Part shown: piece after piece, positions 28,583 through 38,627 of the stretch
How the letters are laid out: each line of letters starts with the position of its first letter
Numbering within the stretch: the first letter of the stretch is position 1
DNA from: Candidatus Woesebacteria bacterium
GTDB lineage: Bacteria > Patescibacteriota > Microgenomatia > UBA8517
DNA length: 64,000 bases
Assembly (NCBI GenBank): GCA_963716475.1
Contig: OY970314.1
Coordinates: forward strand, 787,865 to 851,864
Direction: 5' to 3'
Translations under genes and position numbers: made by a program
Notes under the pieces: model-generated
The model's input: the letters and a program-made list of their open reading frames with translations, nothing else
What the model was told of the DNA's origin: nothing
The model's database searches: none

Positions 28583-29458
28583 CTATTTAAGATTTGCACT
28601 CCCAGTGGCTTCCTCTACTTGAGTAATCTTTTTAACATATTGTCCTGCCACCCAACCTTCAATTCCGTTCGGTAAACCAGATGCCGGTGCCTCATACTGA
28701 ATTTTTACCCACCCCGTCGCCACGTCTTCGTCAAGAAACAGATATTGCTCCCCCGGCTTGACTTGAGCAATCTCACTGCCGGCTGTACCGGGGCCGGATC
28801 TGACCCTCAAAAATCCTGTAGGGGTAGAAAGTATTTGAACGTAAGTTTTCACCACAGGAACCGGGGTGGGTGTGGGCTGCGGTGTAAGAACCTTGGCAAG
28901 TTTTGCAAACAAGGAGAGCCGAAAGCCAACTAGTGTTTTTACTGTCATTATTCTGTCGGTATAGCCCGGCGCCCTGACTGTAATTTGATGCTGGGCGGGT
29001 GAAATATCCGAAGTTTTATACGGCGCAAAGCCTTGAGGTAAGCCGTCTACCGAAACTTGAGCATTTTCCGGTGTTGATATTACAATTAAGCCAGTTTCTG
29101 CACCCCCGATTCTGTCGAAGGAAATTACGTCTCCGGAAGATTCATCTTCAGTCCCGCCAAACTCTCTCCTTACAATGGTTTGTATGCCGGGAACAAGTGT
29201 TATTTTTGTTTCATAGGCAATCAGATTTTGCCCGGTTGAGTCAGGAACTAATTTAAGCATTATCTCCCCCGCCTTGAAAGCGCTTGTGTATGGAGTTTTG
29301 CCCACCAAATTTTCGTTAACGTAAACGTCTGAAACAGGGCTGGTATCAATAAATACGCCGCCAGGTTTCTCTCTGAAATATCCAATCAAAAAAAAGACTG
29401 CAACAATCAGGGCCGTTAGGGAGATGAGCGAAATAATTACAATTTTGGCTATCTTCAC
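28583..29458 (-). CDS. PEGA-domain protein with C-terminal SH3-like domain
   Basis: N-terminal TM; two PEGA-like repeats (SP..DVYVN...GKTP; STPENAQVSVDG); FLRVRSGPG...GWV. Confidence 0.8.
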   Translation of the reverse strand: MKIAKIVIISLISLTALIVAVFFLIGYFREKPGGVFIDTSPVSDVYVNENLVGKTPYTSAFKAGEIMLKLVPDSTGQNLIAYETKITLVPGIQTIVRREFGGTEDESSGDVISFDRIGGAETGLIVISTPENAQVSVDGLPQGFAPYKTSDISPAQHQITVRAPGYTDRIMTVKTLVGFRLSLFAKLAKVLTPQPTPTPVPVVKTYVQILSTPTGFLRVRSGPGTAGSEIAQVKPGEQYLFLDEDVATGWVKIQYEAPASGLPNGIEGWVAGQYVKKITQVEEATGSANLK

Positions 29459-29522
29459 TTCGATCCGAGTGTATCATATGGTATAGGTGAAGCAAGGCTT
29501 GACACTCGCGTGATAAGCTAAC

Positions 29523-29551
29523 TTGGCCATTCATCTAATGAATGGTAAAAT
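29523..29551 (+). promoter_or_regulatory. Putative sigma70 promoter for tRNA-Cys with an inverted repeat in the spacer
   Basis: TTGGCC-N17-TAAAAT with TG extension; CCATTCAT-cta-ATGAATGG at 29527-29545. Confidence 0.5.
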
Positions 29552-29561
29552 ACAAGCACCT

Positions 29562-29637
29562 GGCCGGATGGCGAAGTGGAAACGCGGGAGTCTGCAAAAC
29601 TTCTATCGCGCGGGTTCGATTCCCGCTCCGGCCTCCA
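29562..29637 (+). tRNA. tRNA-Cys (GCA)
   Basis: Acceptor stem GGCCGGA/TCCGGCC; anticodon arm GGAGT-CTGCAAA-ACTTC; T-loop GGTTCGATTCC; encoded CCA. Confidence 0.95.
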
Positions 29638-29708
29638 AAAAACCCTTAAGAAATCTGTCCTCTTCTAAACTTGACTTTCAGTCTTTTCATGGGTTAGAAT
29701 AGCGACTC

Positions 29709-29732
29709 ATCCCGCAATTCGCGGGATTTTTT
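29709..29732 (+). terminator. Intrinsic terminator-like hairpin
   Basis: ATCCCGC-aattc-GCGGGAT followed by a T run. Confidence 0.6.
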
Positions 29733-30404
29733 ATGAGAAAAATTAGCCTTGAACTGCCTAAGTACCGCCTCCAGCTTCACGTCAAGCTGGTTAAAAGGCG
29801 CAAGCCTCTTTTGGCCGAGCCGATCCTGCCTACAAAGGCTTTTGTAAACAAAAAATATAGAACCGGCACCTTTGTCGGACGTCTTGTCAGGTACTTCGCA
29901 GATCATAAAAGTATCAGGAAAATCTTTGCCACAGGTTTTGTCTTTACGGCCGTTTTGGCCGGTTTTGCCCCCCAAAGCACCAACATTCAGGTGCAGGCTG
30001 ATGAAACCGTAATTCAGCCCCAAACAACCCTTACTACACAAAAGGGTATGCAATATCCCGTAGAGCCCGTAAAAATCAACCAGGGATACAGCTTTTTCCA
30101 CCCGGCAATTGACCTTGGCGGACAAATAGGAGAACCCATAAAACCCGTCATGCCCGGTGTTGTTGCCTACGCCGGCTGGGACATTTCAGGCTATGGAAAT
30201 TTGGTGGTATTAAACCATATAAACGGTCTTCAATCTTACTACGCCCATCTTTCTAAAATTGAGGTTAAAACCGGCGAAACTGTCGGTATGGATACCGAAA
30301 TCGGGAAAATTGGAGTAACGGGGCACTCAACGGGGCCGCATCTTCATCTGGAAATTCATCAAAACGGAATCTCCCTTAATCCCCTAATGGTCCTGAGCAG
30401 ATAA
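29733..30404 (+). CDS. M23 family metallopeptidase
   Basis: HPAID, GYGN, YAHL, GHSTGPHLHLE, NPL. Confidence 0.9.
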   Translation: MRKISLELPKYRLQLHVKLVKRRKPLLAEPILPTKAFVNKKYRTGTFVGRLVRYFADHKSIRKIFATGFVFTAVLAGFAPQSTNIQVQADETVIQPQTTLTTQKGMQYPVEPVKINQGYSFFHPAIDLGGQIGEPIKPVMPGVVAYAGWDISGYGNLVVLNHINGLQSYYAHLSKIEVKTGETVGMDTEIGKIGVTGHSTGPHLHLEIHQNGISLNPLMVLSR

Positions 30405-30815
30405 ACCTCTCTCGACAAGATCTAATATTTGCTGAGTAACCGGGTGTCCACACAATACTCTTGCTTTCCCAAAAGTTGTCTCGAAATGAATATTTCGTCC
30501 CTCGGGACTAGACAATTTTCCCTTCCATTTTGTTACCAAATATACATGTCTCAAATTCAATGTTCCGTCAGGCTCTACTGCAAAATTTATTCCCAGTTTT
30601 TTGTAGCTCAAGGCTCTCACATCATACTCCTCGCGAACTTCTCTTCTGAGAGCTTCTTCCACAGTTTCTCCGGATTTAAGACTACCTCCAGGAACGATAG
30701 TATATCCATAATACGGGTCTCCTATTTCCACTCTTTTCTCAAGCTGTAATTTCTGACCGTCAAATAAAGCAAAGATAACTCCGTGTTTTTCGGTTTTTTC
30801 TTTTCTCTCCATCAT
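30384..30815 (-). CDS. NUDIX hydrolase
   Basis: Nudix box PGGSLKSGETVEEALRREVREE. Confidence 0.85.
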   Translation of the reverse strand: MMERKEKTEKHGVIFALFDGQKLQLEKRVEIGDPYYGYTIVPGGSLKSGETVEEALRREVREEYDVRALSYKKLGINFAVEPDGTLNLRHVYLVTKWKGKLSSPEGRNIHFETTFGKARVLCGHPVTQQILDLVERGLSAQDH

Positions 30816-30836
30816 GAAGCCCAATCTATCACAAAT

Positions 30837-31433
30837 CTAATTGTTTTCAAGACTCCGCCATAAATACCATGAAGCGACCGTACGGTACGGTTTCCAATAT
30901 TTTTCGGCAAACTTGGCAGAAGTCACCTTATCAAACTTATTTCCTGTGACTTTTTCGAAACCATTTTTAATTCCCAAATCCTCGACCGGAAAAATATCAG
31001 GACGTCCCAAAGAAAACATAAGAAACATGTCCGCAGTCCACGGGCCAATTCCTTTCACTGCCAAGAGTTCACTTTTGACCGTACTATCGGACTTTTCCGT
31101 TAGTTTATTTACATGAAGTTGGTTGTTTTTTACTCTTATAGACAAATCCTCGATTGCCCTCACTTTGCTCCAGGCCATTCCGCAATTTCTGAGTTCGTCA
31201 TCTGCTAGGGCCAATACTTTATCGGGGGTTAGCCTCCCTTTAACCTTAGCTTTTAGCCGTCCTTCGATTACATCCGCTACCCGGCCGGAAAGCTGTTGTC
31301 CGATTATTGCACTCACCAAACCTTGATAGTAATCAGTATGAACTCTGGGTTTTATTGTACAACGCCCCCACTTTTTAATCAGGGGTGCAATATGTTTGTC
31401 TTTGAGAAGAAATTTTTCTGCCTCACTCCACAT
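30837..31433 (-). CDS. DNA-3-methyladenine glycosylase (AlkA family, HhH-GPD)
   Basis: IIGQQLS, KGIGPWTA, PDIFPVEDLG, WKPYRTVASWYLW. Confidence 0.9.
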   Translation of the reverse strand: MWSEAEKFLLKDKHIAPLIKKWGRCTIKPRVHTDYYQGLVSAIIGQQLSGRVADVIEGRLKAKVKGRLTPDKVLALADDELRNCGMAWSKVRAIEDLSIRVKNNQLHVNKLTEKSDSTVKSELLAVKGIGPWTADMFLMFSLGRPDIFPVEDLGIKNGFEKVTGNKFDKVTSAKFAEKYWKPYRTVASWYLWRSLENN

Positions 31434-33061
31434 TAATAGTCCATTCCGCCCATTCCGCCTTGTGGCATTACGGGTTCTTTCTTTTCCTCGGGTATATCTG
31501 TCACAAGTCCCTCGGTTGTAAGGACCATCATGGCAACGCTGGCTGCATTTTGGAGTGCGCTTCTGGTTACCTTTACGGGGTCTATCACTCCAAATTTTGT
31601 CATTGATCCGTATTCCCCTGTCAGGGCATTATATCCGTAATCGTTGTCCTTACTTGCCAACACTTTTTTCAAAACCGCTTCCCCATCCTCCCCGGCATTT
31701 TTGGATAGCCACTTAATCGGTTCCTCGAGTGCCTCCCAAACAATATCAACCCCGATTTGTTCGTCACCTTTCTCAACCTTGAGTTTCTTTACGGCACCTC
31801 GGGCTCTGAGAAACGCCGTTTCGCCACCCGGAACAATCCCTTCCTCAGTTGCAGCTTTTGTAGCTCCAACCGCATCTTTTACTCTTTCTTTTTTATCATT
31901 AAGTTCAATTTCAGTAGCGGCTCCAACGTTTATCTGGGCGACTCCGCCAGCAAGTTTTGCCAACCTTTCTTCAAACTTCTCCTTATCAAAATCACTATCT
32001 GTAACCTCTATCTGCTTCTTAATCGAGCCTATTCTGGCATCAATTGCTCCCTTGTCACCCTTACCACCGATCAGTCTGGCGTTATCCTTGTCTGCCCAAA
32101 CTTTATCTGCCTGTCCCAAATCCGTCACTTCAATGGATTCAAAATTGCGTCCAGTATCTTCCGATATTACCGTCCCGCCGGTTAGAACCGCAATGTCTTC
32201 GAGCATTTCTTTCCTTCTGTCACCAAACCCGGGGGCTTTAATTGCCAAAACATTAAAAGTTCCCCGGAGTTTATTTACCACCAGGGTGGCTAAAGCTTCT
32301 CCTTCAATTTCGTCGGCAATAATTACCAAATTCTTGGAAACTTTTACAAATTTTTCCAGGAAAGGAAGAAGATCCTGAATCGCAGAAATCTTTTTATCCG
32401 TGATAAGTATGTATGCCCCTTCAATTTCAGCTTCCATCTTATCAGGATTGGTTACAAAATATGCTGAAGCATAACCCCTGTCAAACTCCATTCCTTCCTT
32501 ATATTCAATATCTATGGTCAAACCTTTTCCTTCTTCAACAGTGACAACACCGTCACGGCCGACTTTATCAAGCGCTTCGGCAATCTTGGCTCCAATTTCG
32601 GTATCCCCGGCGGAAATTGCGGCCACCTGCGCAATTTCTTCTTTATTCTTAATGGGTTTTGCCATTTTTTTGAGTTCCGCTGTCACGGCTTCAACTGCCT
32701 TTTCAATGCCCTTTTTGACAATCATTGGGTTGGCGCCAGCATTAATTTTGGCCATTCCCTTTTGGGTCATAACCTGAGCCAGAAGAGTTGATGTTGTAGT
32801 TCCGTCTCCCGCATTATCGTTGGTTTTACTCGCAGCCTCTTTAACAAGTTGTGCACCCATGTTTTCAAAAGGGTCCGGAAGGTCGATTTCTTTTGCAACA
32901 GACACCCCGTCATGAACAATGTTTGGGGCACCCCACTTTTTATCGAGGGCGATATTTCTTCCCTTGGGGCCAAGAGTGGTCACCACGGCTTTAGCTACAG
33001 TATCAATTCCTTTTAAAAGCGCTTCTCTGGCTTTGTTGGAAAATTTTAATTGTTTCGCCAT
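31433..33061 (-). CDS. groL: Chaperonin GroEL
   Basis: [28 protein letters not shown] tail. Confidence 0.98.
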   Translation of the reverse strand: MAKQLKFSNKAREALLKGIDTVAKAVVTTLGPKGRNIALDKKWGAPNIVHDGVSVAKEIDLPDPFENMGAQLVKEAASKTNDNAGDGTTTSTLLAQVMTQKGMAKINAGANPMIVKKGIEKAVEAVTAELKKMAKPIKNKEEIAQVAAISAGDTEIGAKIAEALDKVGRDGVVTVEEGKGLTIDIEYKEGMEFDRGYASAYFVTNPDKMEAEIEGAYILITDKKISAIQDLLPFLEKFVKVSKNLVIIADEIEGEALATLVVNKLRGTFNVLAIKAPGFGDRRKEMLEDIAVLTGGTVISEDTGRNFESIEVTDLGQADKVWADKDNARLIGGKGDKGAIDARIGSIKKQIEVTDSDFDKEKFEERLAKLAGGVAQINVGAATEIELNDKKERVKDAVGATKAATEEGIVPGGETAFLRARGAVKKLKVEKGDEQIGVDIVWEALEEPIKWLSKNAGEDGEAVLKKVLASKDNDYGYNALTGEYGSMTKFGVIDPVKVTRSALQNAASVAMMVLTTEGLVTDIPEEKKEPVMPQGGMGGMDY

Positions 33062-33063
33062 GT

Positions 33064-33363
33064 TTATTTTGTTTCAACAGCTAAAACATCCTCAAATTTT
33101 ACGAAAAGATATTCAATATTTCCGACTTTGACTTCATTTCCGCCCCACTTTTTGTAAATGACAATGTCGTTAACTTTTACGGGCGAGGCTCTCTTTACTC
33201 CTTTTTCCGTGATCTCGGAGGCGCCAACTGCTAAGACTTTTCCTTTTTGGGGTTTTTCTCCGGCCGTGTCGGGAAGGTAGATTCCGGAAGCTGTTTTAAC
33301 CTCTTTTTCAAGAGGTTCGATAAGAAGATATCCCGCGGTTGGTTTTAGGTTTAGTTTTGTCAT
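33064..33363 (-). CDS. groS: Co-chaperonin GroES
   Basis: [22 protein letters not shown]; directly upstream of groEL. Confidence 0.96.
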   Translation of the reverse strand: MTKLNLKPTAGYLLIEPLEKEVKTASGIYLPDTAGEKPQKGKVLAVGASEITEKGVKRASPVKVNDIVIYKKWGGNEVKVGNIEYLFVKFEDVLAVETK

Positions 33364-33390
33364 TTTTTCGAAAAAATAAATGCTAATTGC

Positions 33391-33417
33391 TTAGCATTCT
33401 AACTAGCTGAGTGCTAT
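33391..33417. promoter_or_regulatory. CIRCE element (HrcA operator)
   Basis: TTAGCATTC-N9-GAGTGCTAT vs consensus TTAGCACTC-N9-GAGTGCTAA, upstream of groES. Confidence 0.88.
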
Positions 33418-33444
33418 TCTAAAGGCTGTGTTGTGCCTTGTCAA
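33416..33444 (-). promoter_or_regulatory. sigma70 promoter of groESL
   Basis: Minus strand TTGACA-N17-TAGAAT immediately before the CIRCE. Confidence 0.85.
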
Positions 33445-34307
33445 GAGCCGAGACGTGAGATTACAAGCTTCCCGAGGTCTTGCGGATGGAAGACGGCGCG
33501 GGTCGGAGTAGCCACCTCTCTTGTCATTTTAGACTTCATAAATCCGTATTGAGACTTGAATGCAATTTTTTCAACTAATAAAAAAATAGGGTTTTTAAAA
33601 ACGTGCTTCTTGCCCCCTTCTTCCTGCTCCCCGATTTTTACAGCATTTGGCCAATACTTTAAAATCCACCTGTTTTTATGCAAAAATCTTTCGTAAATAC
33701 CATCCTTATCTACCAGCGGCAAAACCTGAGCTATTTCATGAGCCGTATACAGATTCCTATCGCCTTTCCTCCAGACAAGATCTTTTTCATCCATCCACAT
33801 GTTCAGACACAATTTATCTTTTTCGTTGGCGTCACCAGCCTTCCTTAATTTAAAGCCGGTAACTTTCAAAACAAAATAGGACAAGATCCTGGTTGTCCAG
33901 AGAAGATTTCTATGGGTAACTATAAAAAGGTCTATATCGCTTTCGTCCGCGGCATTGCTCATTGCCAGTGAACCCGTCACCGCTACCATTTTTATACTCG
34001 GGATCAGAGAAAGTGTATTAGCAGCTTTTTTGGCAATTTCCATTTTCTTTGCAGAAATCCTGTTTCGAAGTGCTCTTTTATAAACCAAGCCCCCCCTCCC
34101 GTCCAAAAAGTAGTAACCATTTTGATAAATAACAGGAATTTTATACTGTCTTAGCAACAGGTATTTTGACGGTTCCCATTTAATAAGATCTGCAAATGTA
34201 AGCGGAAAGTCAAACAGATCGTGATAGTATATGCTAAGTTTTTCCGGCTTTCCCAACATTTTCCTATCTTTGGATTTATCTGAAGCAATCGGGTAAAGAC
34301 TATGCAT
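33441..34307 (-). CDS. Pol-beta-like nucleotidyltransferase domain protein
   Basis: VAVTGSLA....ESDIDLFIV; start placed at the TAATG overlap with the upstream gene. Confidence 0.7.
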   Translation of the reverse strand: MHSLYPIASDKSKDRKMLGKPEKLSIYYHDLFDFPLTFADLIKWEPSKYLLLRQYKIPVIYQNGYYFLDGRGGLVYKRALRNRISAKKMEIAKKAANTLSLIPSIKMVAVTGSLAMSNAADESDIDLFIVTHRNLLWTTRILSYFVLKVTGFKLRKAGDANEKDKLCLNMWMDEKDLVWRKGDRNLYTAHEIAQVLPLVDKDGIYERFLHKNRWILKYWPNAVKIGEQEEGGKKHVFKNPIFLLVEKIAFKSQYGFMKSKMTREVATPTRAVFHPQDLGKLVISRLGS

Positions 34308-35731
34308 TATTTGACCACAAGGCGATATTGGGCAAGTACTTGGGCAACCCCTTGCGCGCACGTAGCAAGGGCCTGGGTTACAGACTCCTTATTATCGGCA
34401 ACTGAGTTAACAGCGTCGCCAAAATAATTTGAAAGTTGAGTATTAATGCCCGTTGGTCCGTCAAATGTGCGGGAAGCCAGATACCAACTCCGGGCACCCG
34501 GAGCCTGTGATGTTATTGACCCAAGAATCGGATGATCGGTTAAAAGTTGTGCCATGTCGATCCTTGGGTAAACTTCCCCAAGTCCCCTGGCAGCTGTTGC
34601 GTTTTGATACATCTTCTGCAAAGAATCTTGCGTGCTTAGAAATCCTAAGAAATCCCAGGCTGCAGCCTTACTAGGACTTTTTGCCCAAACACCCTGCGCC
34701 CAGTATGTAGCATACGTAATGTCTTGCTGACTTGGGTTATCTTTGGGAAGCTGAGGAATGGGAGCTGTTTTAAATTTCAGGTTTGGATTTGCTTGCTTAA
34801 TCTCAAAATAGCGCCACGACGGACCTATATACATGGCAAGTTTCCCTGCCGAAAACGATTGTGTGGAAGGAGGAAGTGTAGCATCCCACACTCCGTCAAC
34901 CGAAGAAAAATGAGTGAAAAATGTAAGAGCTCCTTCGGCGTTTTTACCGGTAGGATTCGCCAGATCGACGTTGTTCTGAATCATCATAAGCGCCAATATT
35001 TCCTGCCAGTGATCCACATTTTCGGTTCTTCCCAGGGCAACCCCCGCCTGGACAATCGCACCCTGATCATTTTTTATTGTAAGTCTTATTGCCAAAGCCC
35101 TTAGTTCATCCCATGTGGCAGGAGGAGACACACCCGCTCCATTAAAAATATCCTCATTTATGTAAAGCGTAAGAGCATCGTACCCGAGCGGTATCCCGAC
35201 AATTGAATTTCCAGTAGATAAATCCGACGATGCTGTACGGTAAAAAGTTTTTACATAATCCGCAGGATTCATTACATTTGCAGGAAGGCTGTCTAGATCA
35301 TTCCTAAACATCGGTACCCAAGAATTGTGGAAGGTAAAAATATCCGGTCCTGTTCCTTTTGCCAATGAATTCGTCAGTCTTTCCCGATAGTCCTGCTGTG
35401 ACTGTTCAATATAATTGATCTTGATCCCCGGGTGAGACGCCTGATACTCCGTAATAAGCGGCGTTACTATGGCCGGATCCTCCCAAAGACCCCACCAGGT
35501 TATTTGTCCTGATGTACCGCTCTTCGAACTCATCAGTTGCCGGACCACAAATAGAGCAGCTATAACAAGTATCAAACCGACAGCTATAAATATTAATGCC
35601 TTAGGAAAATGTTTTTTAGCTTTAACAACGGGTGAAGGTGTCTGTTGTACCGAAACCCCCGCAACGGGGATCTGAGCTACCGGCGGCGAACTAAAAGATG
35701 GATCGTTTTGGTAAATATTTTTTGGTGGCAT
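34307..35731 (-). CDS. Membrane-anchored sugar-binding-like extracellular solute-binding protein
   Basis: TM; ITWWG, GPDIF, LYINED, P.TWDEL, AAWDFL. Confidence 0.85.
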   Translation of the reverse strand: MPPKNIYQNDPSFSSPPVAQIPVAGVSVQQTPSPVVKAKKHFPKALIFIAVGLILVIAALFVVRQLMSSKSGTSGQITWWGLWEDPAIVTPLITEYQASHPGIKINYIEQSQQDYRERLTNSLAKGTGPDIFTFHNSWVPMFRNDLDSLPANVMNPADYVKTFYRTASSDLSTGNSIVGIPLGYDALTLYINEDIFNGAGVSPPATWDELRALAIRLTIKNDQGAIVQAGVALGRTENVDHWQEILALMMIQNNVDLANPTGKNAEGALTFFTHFSSVDGVWDATLPPSTQSFSAGKLAMYIGPSWRYFEIKQANPNLKFKTAPIPQLPKDNPSQQDITYATYWAQGVWAKSPSKAAAWDFLGFLSTQDSLQKMYQNATAARGLGEVYPRIDMAQLLTDHPILGSITSQAPGARSWYLASRTFDGPTGINTQLSNYFGDAVNSVADNKESVTQALATCAQGVAQVLAQYRLVVK

Positions 35732-35777
35732 GCTTATCTCTTGGCTCTCTATCCTTTCTAAATGGTATCATATCGGT

Positions 35778-37538
35778 GTGAGAAGATCGATACTGCATTT
35801 GAATAAAAAACGGGTTAAAATATTCGCCTGGATCGGGCTTTCTCTCATCACAGCAATTCTGGGCGTCTTTGCTATCTATTTTTTACTATTCACGGGTAAG
35901 GTTTATCCAAATACTAGTGTTGCCGGCGTTGAAATCGGAGGGCTATCTGTTAATGAAGCCACCACTTTTCTGTCTTCAAATATTAATGTGCCGCAAAAAA
36001 TCCAGTTAACCGATGCCGGTCAGACTTTCAACATAGATACCAAAAATATTGATTTTTCATACAACTTTACGTACTCGGTGCAAAGAGCTTTTAATTTAAC
36101 CAGAACCGGAAACTTTTTCTACGATATCTCAGAACGTATTAACCTCCTTTTTAAGCCCATAAACATTGGTCTCGCCGTTAATCTGGACGAAGGTAAACTG
36201 GATAAAATAATTTCGGTTATTTCCGGCCAAGTCTCGAAAGACCCCGTAGAACCCTCCATTACACCTACCAACGGTGCCATAACAATTGATAAGGGTGCCG
36301 CCGGGACAGAGGTGGACTCAATTACGTTAAGAGCGGTAATCGGGGAAAATCTGTCACTTGTTAGAACCGGTGATATAGAAATACCGATTAATGCAGTTGA
36401 TCACACTCTCAGTCAAAACGCGGCCGACGAACTCAAAAAGCGTGCGGAAAAATACATAGGTAGGTCGTTACAATTGAAATTTGAATACAATACCTATACC
36501 TTGGCCGATAAAGATTTAATTAAACTTCTCGATACCGGAACCGGATATAATGACCAATCAATAGAAGCGCTGATTCCGGACTTTTCCGCCAAGGTTAACC
36601 GCGACCCGCAAAATCCCAAGTTTATTTTCGAAAACGGCCGAGTAACCGAGTTCCAACCGGCTCTCGATGGTATTCGGATTGATAGCGAAAATTTTAAAAA
36701 CCAAATTATCGTCGCCCTTAGCCAAATCGAGAACGGGACTGATAAAATCGTCGCTCTCAATATTCCGGTCTTTAGAACCCCATCGGAAGTTTCAACCGAA
36801 AGTATAAACAATCTTGGAATTAAAGAATTAATAGGGCGTGGTACCTCTATCTACTTTCACTCAATTCCGGGCAGGGTTCACAACGTAGTCCTCGCCGCAA
36901 GTAGAATCAACGGAACATTGGTTAAGCCGGGAGACACCTTTTCTTTTAATGACGCCTTAGGGGATGTATCGGCGTTTACCGGATACCAGCAGGCGTATAT
37001 AATTTCCGGGGGCAAAACTATTTTAGGCGACGGCGGCGGTGTGTGCCAAGTTTCAACTACCCTTTTTCGGGCACTTCTTAACGCCGGTTTACCGATTGTC
37101 GAACGGGCTGCTCACGCCTATAGAGTAGGTTATTATGAACAGGATTCTCCACCCGGATTTGATGCAACAGTTTATGCCCCCTCGCCGGATTTAAAATTTA
37201 TAAATGACACGCCAGGCTATATTTTAATCGAGGCTGTGGCTAATCCTAAAAATTATTCGTTGGTCTTCGAATTATATGGTACCAGCGACGGAAGAGTAGC
37301 AACAGCCTCTAAACCTGTTGTTTCAAATGTTACACCCGCTCTTCCGACGGTTTACCAGGATGATCCCACTCTCCCGGCCGGAACTCTTAAACAAACAGAT
37401 TTCAGCGCGGCCGGGGCTACGGTTAAATTTAACTATGTGGTAAATAGAGGCGGCCAAACTATTTTCCAAAAAACATTCATAAGTAACTACAGGCCCTGGG
37501 CTGCCGTTTATCTCCGTGGTACAGGACCAGCAATTTAG
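35778..37538 (+). CDS. VanW family protein with PG-binding_4-like region
   Basis: RVHNV, FSFN, GGGVCQVSTTLF, ERAAH, DATVY, DLKF; GTG start inferred from upstream -10. Confidence 0.88.
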   Translation: MRRSILHLNKKRVKIFAWIGLSLITAILGVFAIYFLLFTGKVYPNTSVAGVEIGGLSVNEATTFLSSNINVPQKIQLTDAGQTFNIDTKNIDFSYNFTYSVQRAFNLTRTGNFFYDISERINLLFKPINIGLAVNLDEGKLDKIISVISGQVSKDPVEPSITPTNGAITIDKGAAGTEVDSITLRAVIGENLSLVRTGDIEIPINAVDHTLSQNAADELKKRAEKYIGRSLQLKFEYNTYTLADKDLIKLLDTGTGYNDQSIEALIPDFSAKVNRDPQNPKFIFENGRVTEFQPALDGIRIDSENFKNQIIVALSQIENGTDKIVALNIPVFRTPSEVSTESINNLGIKELIGRGTSIYFHSIPGRVHNVVLAASRINGTLVKPGDTFSFNDALGDVSAFTGYQQAYIISGGKTILGDGGGVCQVSTTLFRALLNAGLPIVERAAHAYRVGYYEQDSPPGFDATVYAPSPDLKFINDTPGYILIEAVANPKNYSLVFELYGTSDGRVATASKPVVSNVTPALPTVYQDDPTLPAGTLKQTDFSAAGATVKFNYVVNRGGQTIFQKTFISNYRPWAAVYLRGTGPAI

Positions 37539-37562
37539 CTTCAAAATTGATACAATTGCTGC

Positions 37563-38627
37563 ATGCAGATAATCAAAAGTGATAAAGGGGCGGTCAAGGT
37601 TGCTATCAAGGTTTTAAAAACCGGCGGTCTGGTCGTTTATCCGACTGAAACTCTATACGGAATTGGGGCTGATGCTACAAACCGCGAGGCAGTCAAAAAA
37701 CTTACCGAATATAAAGATAGGCCTTTCGGGAAACCGTATTCCATTGCCGTGACGGATCTGAAAATGGCGGAGGAATATGTTAAATTGAATTCTACTGCCA
37801 GAAATCTTTATAGAGAATTCCTTCCCGGACCCCTAACCATTATTTCAAGCGGAAAGCACAAAGTTGCCAAGGGAGTTGAATCCGAGGACGGAACTCTCGG
37901 AATCAGAATTCCTGACTATAAATTGGCCACCAATATTGTTAAGGAATACGGCAAACCCATTACAGCAACTAGTGCAAATGCCAGTTATAAAAAACGTCCG
38001 TATAAGATATCCGACATTTTGGAAAATATCAGCGGTAAGCAAAAAGGTTTAATAGACTTGATAATTGACGCCGGTGAACTTCCCCACAATGAACCGTCTA
38101 CTGTCATTGATACAACTCTTGATAATACCGTTACGCTTCGTCAGGGGAAAATTAAATTCAGCAACAAAAATGAAGTTCTAACTAAAAGTGAGGAATCTAC
38201 CCAAAATTTGGCCAAGGAAATCTGGCAAAAATACGAAGTCCAAAAAGGCAAGCGTGCGATTGTTTTCGCTCTTCAGGGAGATATGGGTACAGGAAAAACT
38301 ATTTTTACAAAAGGCCTGGCCCGGGCAATAGGAATAACCGAAGTTGTTACCTCCCCCACTTTCGCTTTGGAGAATCAATACTTAATACCTAATACCAAAC
38401 ACTCTCTTTACCATTTTGATGCTTGGCGTCTCGAAAAATCGGACGGGCTAAGAGCTCTTGGTTTTGAGAATCTGATCAAAAATAAATCTGTAATCTCTAT
38501 TGAATGGGCCGATAGGGTTTCTGGTGCGATCCGTGAATTTGATGATGAAGCAATCATTCTTTGGGTAAAATTGGAGTTTGGAAATAAGGAAAATGAGAGG
38601 ATTATTTCTTGGGGGGTCGCGCAGTGA
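37563..38627 (+). CDS. TsaC (Sua5/YrdC) threonylcarbamoyl-AMP synthase fused to TsaE ATPase
   Basis: N-half PTETLYG, K.RP..KP, PGPLT, GIRIP, TSAN, PSTVID; C-half LQGDMGTGKT, VTSPTF, HFDAWRL, IEW. Confidence 0.9.
   Translation: MQIIKSDKGAVKVAIKVLKTGGLVVYPTETLYGIGADATNREAVKKLTEYKDRPFGKPYSIAVTDLKMAEEYVKLNSTARNLYREFLPGPLTIISSGKHKVAKGVESEDGTLGIRIPDYKLATNIVKEYGKPITATSANASYKKRPYKISDILENISGKQKGLIDLIIDAGELPHNEPSTVIDTTLDNTVTLRQGKIKFSNKNEVLTKSEESTQNLAKEIWQKYEVQKGKRAIVFALQGDMGTGKTIFTKGLARAIGITEVVTSPTFALENQYLIPNTKHSLYHFDAWRLEKSDGLRALGFENLIKNKSVISIEWADRVSGAIREFDDEAIILWVKLEFGNKENERIISWGVAQ

Noticed and set aside
29562-29700. tRNA-Cys as an integration site
   Set aside because: No integrase and no duplicated tRNA 3' end seen in the window.
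31644-32777. Long plus-strand ORFs (244 aa and others) opposite groEL
   Set aside because: Antisense shadows of a highly conserved gene; no recognisable motifs.
35778-37538. VanW and FemABX genes as antibiotic-resistance determinants
   Set aside because: No van ligase cluster or mec genes; both families have ordinary cell-wall roles.
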